This document shows, piece by piece, positions 58,826-64,000 of a DNA stretch of 64,000 bases. Each line of letters opens with the position of its first letter. The stretch's first letter is position 1. The notes below the pieces were generated by a model. The model was not told where the DNA came from. It saw only the letters and a list, made by a program, of their open reading frames with translations, and did no database searches. Position numbers and translations under genes: made by a program. The stretch is from Patescibacteria group bacterium (GTDB taxonomy: Bacteria; Patescibacteriota; Patescibacteriia; UBA10025; JAHIVO01), in contig JBAZWB010000001.1 in the NCBI GenBank assembly GCA_041660605.1, positions 73,295 through 137,294 of the forward strand. The letters are read 5' to 3'.

Positions 58826-59872
58826 ATGAAATTAACCATCGGCATCGTTGGCTTGCCCAACGTGGGCAAATCGACATTATTCAAGGCTTTGACGAAAAAA
58901 CAGGTAGACGCCTCCAACTATCCTTTCTGCACCATTGACCCGAACGTGGGAGTCGTGGAAGTGCCGGATAACCGCTTGCAGGCCCTGGCCGGCGTTTATA
59001 ATTCAGCCAAAGTAATTCCCACAGTCATTGAATTCGTGGACATCGCCGGGCTGGTGAAAGGCGCGCATAAGGGCGAAGGGCTGGGTAACGCTTTTCTTTC
59101 GAATATCCGCGAAGTGGCGGCTATCTGCCAGGTGGTCAGGGAATTCAAGGATCCCAATGTTACCCATATCGGCGGCAAGGTTGATCCTGACGATGATAAA
59201 TTGACCATTAATATGGAAATGATCTACGCTGATCTGGCGGTGCTGGAAAAAAGAATGCAGGATACAGTGCCAAAGACCAAGAGCGGGGACAAGGAAGCAA
59301 AAATTGCCCTGATTGTCTATGAGAAAGCTAAAAATATACTGGACAAGGGGACTTGGCCGGCAGAAGCGGATTTTACCAGGGAAGAGTTAGCGTTGCTGAA
59401 AGACCTGAATTTATTGACCATGAAGCCGATGCTCTATGTCCGTAATGTTGATGAGCAGGAAGCAGCCAGTGACCAACCGGGGAGCATTACCATCAGCGCC
59501 AAGATTGAATCCGAGCTGGCTGAAATGTCCGAGGCGGAGGCCCGGGATTATCTGGCCAGCCTGGGCCTTAAAAGCACGGGTCTGGAAAAACTTATTCTGG
59601 CCGCTTACCAACTGCTTGATCTCATAACTTTCTTTACTGCCGGACCGAAAGAAACGCGCGCCTGGACGGTGACCCGCGGCAGTACGGCGCCGCAAGCCGG
59701 CGGTAAAATTCATTCAGATTTTGAGGAAAGGTTCATCAGAGCGGAAGTGACAATCTGGCAGGATATCGTTAAATACGGCGGAGATGCTGCGGCCAAGGAA
59801 AAAGGCAAGGTCAGGGTGGAAGGCAGGGAATATATTGTCCAAGATGGAGACGTTATTTATTTTCGCATCTAG
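58826..59872 (+). CDS. ychF: Ribosome-binding ATPase YchF (Obg-like GTPase/ATPase family)
   Basis: GIVGLPNVGKSTLF G1 motif, a TGS domain at the C-terminus, 348 aa. Confidence 0.95.
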   Translation: MKLTIGIVGLPNVGKSTLFKALTKKQVDASNYPFCTIDPNVGVVEVPDNRLQALAGVYNSAKVIPTVIEFVDIAGLVKGAHKGEGLGNAFLSNIREVAAICQVVREFKDPNVTHIGGKVDPDDDKLTINMEMIYADLAVLEKRMQDTVPKTKSGDKEAKIALIVYEKAKNILDKGTWPAEADFTREELALLKDLNLLTMKPMLYVRNVDEQEAASDQPGSITISAKIESELAEMSEAEARDYLASLGLKSTGLEKLILAAYQLLDLITFFTAGPKETRAWTVTRGSTAPQAGGKIHSDFEERFIRAEVTIWQDIVKYGGDAAAKEKGKVRVEGREYIVQDGDVIYFRI

Positions 59873-59968
59873 TTTCTCATCCGCATTGCATTGACATGGT
59901 GCTGGCGGTATGTTAGGTTTGCTTAATATTTAGTACCTTGAATTATAATAACCAAGAAGGAGTGAGTC

Positions 59969-60664
59969 ATGCGTTTTCGTGTTGGCAACTTGATTGCTGC
60001 GCTCAAGTGCTATCGTTTTCGTATTGGCGACTTAATTGCCGCAGTTTATCTGCTGACGATTGTTTATCTTTTGGTTCATTTTAACCAGGAGTTTGTCTGG
60101 TTGACGATGCACTATCCCTATCTTATGGGATTTCTGAAAGTATCCTGTATAGCCACATTTGGAGAGTCCTTCAAGATGCGCATTAAGGCGGGGTCATGGC
60201 ATCTTTCCCGACCAGTATTCCGGTTTGTGGTGTGGGGGTTCTTCGGGGTATGGTTCGCGGCTGCTTTTCCTCTGATTAGCTTCGGCGTGGAAGCGTTAAT
60301 AGCCAAAGGTCTGTGGCCGCGGGTTGACGGTTATTTACTGGCATTATCCAAGTCGTTTTGGATCAATATTGGCGGCGGGTACGCGTTCTCTATGATGATA
60401 ACGCACGAATATTTCAACCGGGCTATAGCCGAGGGCCGGCCAATATCCCTGACGGTTTTTGCCGAATGCATGGCTGGCCGGGATGCATCGCTCTTTTGGT
60501 TCAGAATCACCCCTATCCTTATCTCAACCTTTTGGCTGATAATGCACAGTATTACTTTCAGCCTGCCAGGCGTGTATTACGTGCTGATGGCCGCGGGACT
60601 TTCTTTTTTCCTGGGATTGTTCCTGACGTTCTTACAACAAAGCAAAAGTCCGAAAACTGCATAA
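59969..60664 (+). CDS. Polytopic membrane protein, hypothetical
   Basis: AAGAAGGAG RBS, 6-7 TM helices. The N-terminus contains a 39-45-nt tandem duplication (RVGNLIAA / RIGDLIAA). Confidence 0.55.
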   Translation: MRFRVGNLIAALKCYRFRIGDLIAAVYLLTIVYLLVHFNQEFVWLTMHYPYLMGFLKVSCIATFGESFKMRIKAGSWHLSRPVFRFVVWGFFGVWFAAAFPLISFGVEALIAKGLWPRVDGYLLALSKSFWINIGGGYAFSMMITHEYFNRAIAEGRPISLTVFAECMAGRDASLFWFRITPILISTFWLIMHSITFSLPGVYYVLMAAGLSFFLGLFLTFLQQSKSPKTA

Positions 60665-60992
60665 CGATGAATATGGCCATCCGCCGTTGGGTGGCCTTTT
60701 TTAATGAAAATATAAAAAGACGTCCCTAGCGGAACGTCTCGGTGTGATTGTTATTGCTTGATTACTCAAGTCCCGCGGGGAATTATAACTTTCCGGCAGA
60801 GCAAGCTCTGCACCTACATATGCTAAACGACGTAGGTGGCGAGCCCCGCCTGCCGCTCCTAGCGGAGCTATGGCGGGCAGGTTGCTCGCCTGATATTAAA
60901 ATTCACACGCGGATCCTTTCCAGGTTTCCAGTTGGTTTAATTTTTATATATTAAAAAAACAGTTAACATAAACAGTAACTGCCTTTTAAAAT

Positions 60993-62243
60993 TTAATATT
61001 TCGGTTTAATCCTCTTGAAGATAAAAATTTCTCTTTCAATATTCTGGTCCGGCCGGTTGTAAATTATAGAGCCGCGGGCGGTTGGCCCGATTTTAGCGAA
61101 TAAGGAGACCTTGTTGGGTATGGGGTTTATTCTGTAAAATCCCATTTTTTCCAGTTGTTCCAGTATTTTTAGCGAATAAATGCCGTGTGGCGTCCTGTAT
61201 AAAGGGAAAACCATGATAATGGTAGCTGTCGGCTTGGTGATTTTAGCAAAATTATAAAAAGCGCTGAGATACAGCGACTCCAGCTCCTGGATGACGGCCA
61301 GGACGCTGATGACTCCGATATTTTTTTTCAGTGGCGGGCCAAGGAAAGGTTCTGTCACGATGGCGTCCACCGAATTTGGCGGGAAAAATTTATATATTTC
61401 TTTGACGTCAGTCATGTGCAGCTTCAGGTTGCTTTTCGGCAGATCGTACTCTTTAGCCAGCCATTCCATATTATTTTTTGTGTCATCAATGGCTCTGTCG
61501 CTGATGTCGCTCCCGGCAATATTTTTATAACCCATCAGCATCGCTTCCTGCAGGACGGTGCCGGATCCGCAAAAAGGGTCCAGCAAAAGCTGCCCGGAGC
61601 TGATTTGAGATAAATTAATCATCATTTTGGCCAGCTTCGGCGGCAGCATGCCGGAAGCCGCATCGCGCTGCGGCCGGCCGTAGTCACGGAATGAATAGTC
61701 CTCGAAATCCTGCACAGAAATAGTTTTCCCGATATAAAATGAATGCAGGCCGCTGATAATAATAATATCCGCGCCGTTTTCTATCATTTTATTTTTTGTA
61801 ATCTGCACGCTGGACAGGTCGCCTCCCTGGGCGGCGACAAAACGACATTTAAAATTTGATTTTTGCAGCTCCTTTTTCAGGCGCAACCCATGCGCGTTAA
61901 ATTCGGTTTGATAGCGCCAGAGCACGTCGCCGTAGAGGCTGAATCCAAATGATTGTTTTTTATCTTTTTGCGAGAGGATGTTCTTTTTTAAAAAATCAGC
62001 ATTTACTATATCAAAAAGCCTTTTTACATTATTTATTTCCGATACGATCGCCCCGATTTTAATGCACCCGCCGAGCTGATTCTGCCAGATCTGGGGGTCA
62101 AAGGATTCACCGGCGTCAATGACCAGGCCTTTGCTGGTCAGGTCAACCACGGCAAAATTCAGCTTCTGGTTTTTTTCCAGATTAAATATTTCAGAAATGG
62201 AAAGAATGGGATTTTTACCTAAGATAAAGCAGTAGCGATTCAT
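60993..62243 (-). CDS. Putative RNA (guanine-N2 / adenine-N6 type) SAM-dependent methyltransferase with an N-terminal THUMP-like region (Trm11/RlmL-like)
   Basis: Motif I LLDPFCGSGTVLQEA and motif IV-like VTEPFLGPP. 416 aa. Confidence 0.55.
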   Translation of the reverse strand: MNRYCFILGKNPILSISEIFNLEKNQKLNFAVVDLTSKGLVIDAGESFDPQIWQNQLGGCIKIGAIVSEINNVKRLFDIVNADFLKKNILSQKDKKQSFGFSLYGDVLWRYQTEFNAHGLRLKKELQKSNFKCRFVAAQGGDLSSVQITKNKMIENGADIIIISGLHSFYIGKTISVQDFEDYSFRDYGRPQRDAASGMLPPKLAKMMINLSQISSGQLLLDPFCGSGTVLQEAMLMGYKNIAGSDISDRAIDDTKNNMEWLAKEYDLPKSNLKLHMTDVKEIYKFFPPNSVDAIVTEPFLGPPLKKNIGVISVLAVIQELESLYLSAFYNFAKITKPTATIIMVFPLYRTPHGIYSLKILEQLEKMGFYRINPIPNKVSLFAKIGPTARGSIIYNRPDQNIEREIFIFKRIKPKY

Positions 62244-62415
62244 ATATTTATATGCCTATTATATAATATACCCGGGAAAATAGCTAAACTTGCCATATTT
62301 AAATGTATATGATAGACTTGACTGGAAATAGGTAAATTGCTATTTGATCTGTTTTTTTATCTATTTTTAATAGAGAAACCATCATTCATAAATTATTTTA
62401 GCTAATCAAGAGAAT

Positions 62416-62907
62416 ATGAACCAGCATTACGAATTTATTTTCATTATCAGCTCAAAAGTTGAAGATTCTGCGCATGAATCCGTAGTCAAGCAGATGCAGG
62501 ATTTGATAAAAAATCAGGGTGGCAGCATTACCAAGCAGGAAAATATGGGCAGGAAGAAGTTTGGTTACGAAATCGCCCATGAAGCGCAAGGTACCTATGT
62601 TCTGCTTGAATTTGACATGGAAACCGAAAATCTGAAAAAACTTGAGGCGGGCATTAAGCTTGTGCCCGGAGTCTTGCGCCATTTAATCGTAAAAAAACGG
62701 GTTAAGACCGAGCGTGAAGTAGCCCGGGAGAAGAAAATTCAGGAAAAAATTGATCAGGCGCAGGCCAGAGAGTTTGAGCAGGCCAAAAAAGAGACGCAGA
62801 AGAAAGAAGCTCCGACTGTGGTAGTAGAAAAAAAGTCTAAGTTGCCGAAAATAAGCCTGGAAGACCTGGACAAAAAGCTCGATGAAATATTGAAAGAAGA
62901 CGTATAA
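62416..62907 (+). CDS. rpsF: 30S ribosomal protein S6 with a Lys/Glu-rich C-terminal extension
   Basis: HYEFIFIIS...GG.ITKQENMGRKKFGYEI..GTYVLLEF...VLRHLIV matches the bS6 fold pattern. Followed by ssb and rpsR. Confidence 0.85.
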   Translation: MNQHYEFIFIISSKVEDSAHESVVKQMQDLIKNQGGSITKQENMGRKKFGYEIAHEAQGTYVLLEFDMETENLKKLEAGIKLVPGVLRHLIVKKRVKTEREVAREKKIQEKIDQAQAREFEQAKKETQKKEAPTVVVEKKSKLPKISLEDLDKKLDEILKEDV

Positions 62908-62922
62908 TTATTTTATAAAATT

Positions 62923-63351
62923 ATGAATCTTAACAAAGTTTTATTAATCGGCAATGTCACCCGCGATCCGGAAGTCAGGACAACGCCTAACGGGCAGAAT
63001 GTTTCGTCATTTGGAGTTGCCACTAACCGGCGCTGGACAGACCAGTCTGGCCAGAAGAAAGAGCAGGTAGAGTTCCACAACATTGTTGCCTGGCGCAAAC
63101 TGGCTGATATTGTCGGGCAATATTTAAAAAAAGGCAGTAAGGTATTCATTGAGGGCAGGCTGCAGACGCGGACCTGGGACGACCAGAGCGGCGTTAAAAG
63201 GTATCGCACAGAAATTATCGCCAGCAATATGATCATGCTGGACAGCAAGTCCGGCGGCGGCAAGACAGCGCCAGCTGCTGCTGATGAACAAACGCAGCCG
63301 GAACCTCCGGCCGGTGAACCGGAAATTAACGTGGAAGATATCCCATTTTAA
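62923..63351 (+). CDS. ssb: Single-stranded DNA-binding protein
   Basis: OB-fold N-domain (NKVLLIGNVTRDPEVR...), a Gly/Pro-rich linker and the C-terminal acidic tip DIPF. Confidence 0.9.
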   Translation: MNLNKVLLIGNVTRDPEVRTTPNGQNVSSFGVATNRRWTDQSGQKKEQVEFHNIVAWRKLADIVGQYLKKGSKVFIEGRLQTRTWDDQSGVKRYRTEIIASNMIMLDSKSGGGKTAPAAADEQTQPEPPAGEPEINVEDIPF

Positions 63352-63364
63352 TAGAATCATATTT

Positions 63365-63613
63365 ATGAGCTACAGAAACAACCAAAATAGACAGGCAAAA
63401 CCCCAGAAACAGAGGAAAGAATGCCATTTCTGCATGCATGGCCTTAATGAAGTTGACTATAAGGACGTGGGAGTGATGCAAAAGTATCTTTCTTCTTACG
63501 CAAAAATCCTGCCGAAGAAAAAAACCGGCGTTTGCTCCAAGCACCAGCGCAAACTGGCGCAGGCGGTCAAACGGGCGAGATTTATGGCTTTAATTCCCTA
63601 TACTACCAGGTAA
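63365..63613 (+). CDS. rpsR: 30S ribosomal protein S18
   Basis: CHFC...VDYKD...KTGVCSKHQRKLAQAVKRARFMALIPY. The internal start at 63365 is preferred over the ORF-track start, which overlaps ssb. Confidence 0.85.
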   Translation: MSYRNNQNRQAKPQKQRKECHFCMHGLNEVDYKDVGVMQKYLSSYAKILPKKKTGVCSKHQRKLAQAVKRARFMALIPYTTR

Positions 63614-63620
63614 TTAGATT

Positions 63621-64000
63621 ATGCTAACTATCAACGATTTAAAAACCGGGGCGTATCTGACCCTCCAGGGCGAGCCTTATGTCGTGGTCAAGCATGACTT
63701 CATCAAAATGGCCCAGTCAAAAGGCATTATGAGGGTCAATTTGCGGAATTTAAAAACCGGACAGGTGCTGGATCAGACCTTCAAGGGCCAGGAAAAAATA
63801 GAAGAAGCCGATATCAGCCGTTCCAAAGCCAATTACTTGTACCAGGACGGCCAGAGCTATTATTTTATGGACAATTCCAGCTATGACCAGTTTTTTGTTT
63901 CGGAAACTCAGCTGGGCGACAAAAGGAATTTTTTAATTGAAAACATGGAAGTAGAAGTCCTGAACTATAATGGCGAGCCGATAAACATCGAGGTGCCGAA
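63621..64000 (+). CDS. efp: Elongation factor P (5' partial; continues beyond the window end)
   Basis: MLTINDLKTGAYLTLQGEPYVVVKHDFIKMAQSKG..RVNLRNLKTGQVLDQTFKG matches the EF-P KOW-like N-domain. It is truncated by the window, which is why it is absent from the ORF track. Confidence 0.85.
   Translation, partial: MLTINDLKTGAYLTLQGEPYVVVKHDFIKMAQSKGIMRVNLRNLKTGQVLDQTFKGQEKIEEADISRSKANYLYQDGQSYYFMDNSSYDQFFVSETQLGDKRNFLIENMEVEVLNYNGEPINIEVP

Noticed and set aside
60844-60896. Possible tRNA suggested by a 7-bp acceptor-like stem GGCGAGC/GCTCGCC
   Set aside because: Only 39 nt lie between the arms and there is no T-loop (GTTCRANYC) or D-loop. It folds as one nested hairpin, not a cloverleaf.

Overview
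This 64-kb window is chromosomal DNA dominated by housekeeping genes. In order: a metE-like gene and metK; cutA and a murE-like ligase; rpoB-rpoC; ftsK, a rodZ-like gene and recA; plsX; murI; an Elp3-like radical-SAM/GNAT gene; a P-type ATPase; a MacB/FtsX-type ABC transporter; glyA and folD; rsmE; ychF; rpsF-ssb-rpsR; and the 5' part of efp. Two giant extracytoplasmic proteins (1845 aa and 2933 aa) sit among them. Genes are tightly packed, many start at TTG or GTG, and several pairs overlap by 4 bp. Together with the giant surface proteins and the sparse metabolism, this is typical of a small-genome, possibly episymbiotic Patescibacteria/CPR-like bacterium. That placement is inference from content, not from a database match. 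I found no rRNA, tRNA, CRISPR array, transposase or integrase. The accessory or unusual parts are listed here. (1) A small island on the opposite strand at 3.4-4.9 kb. (2) A higher-GC gene pair at 7.3-8.7 kb encoding an HTH protein and a receiver-like protein. (3) A 210-nt GC-rich structured element, followed by a small gene that has its own near-consensus promoter, strong RBS and terminator, at 35.0-35.5 kb. (4) A signalling-like module at 47.2-51.7 kb: an ABC exporter, a translationally coupled LOG/SLOG-like protein, a 72-aa DHp(HisKA)-only protein, a Cys-rich membrane protein and a response regulator, with no histidine-kinase ATPase domain anywhere. (5) A 270-nt glyA-folD spacer carrying two near-identical palindromes. 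(6) Repeated 12-15-nt motifs in both promoter regions flanking rsmE. (7) Three perfect or near-perfect TTGACA-N16/17-TATAAT promoters. All calls are from reading the sequence and the supplied ORF translations by eye, with no homology searches run.
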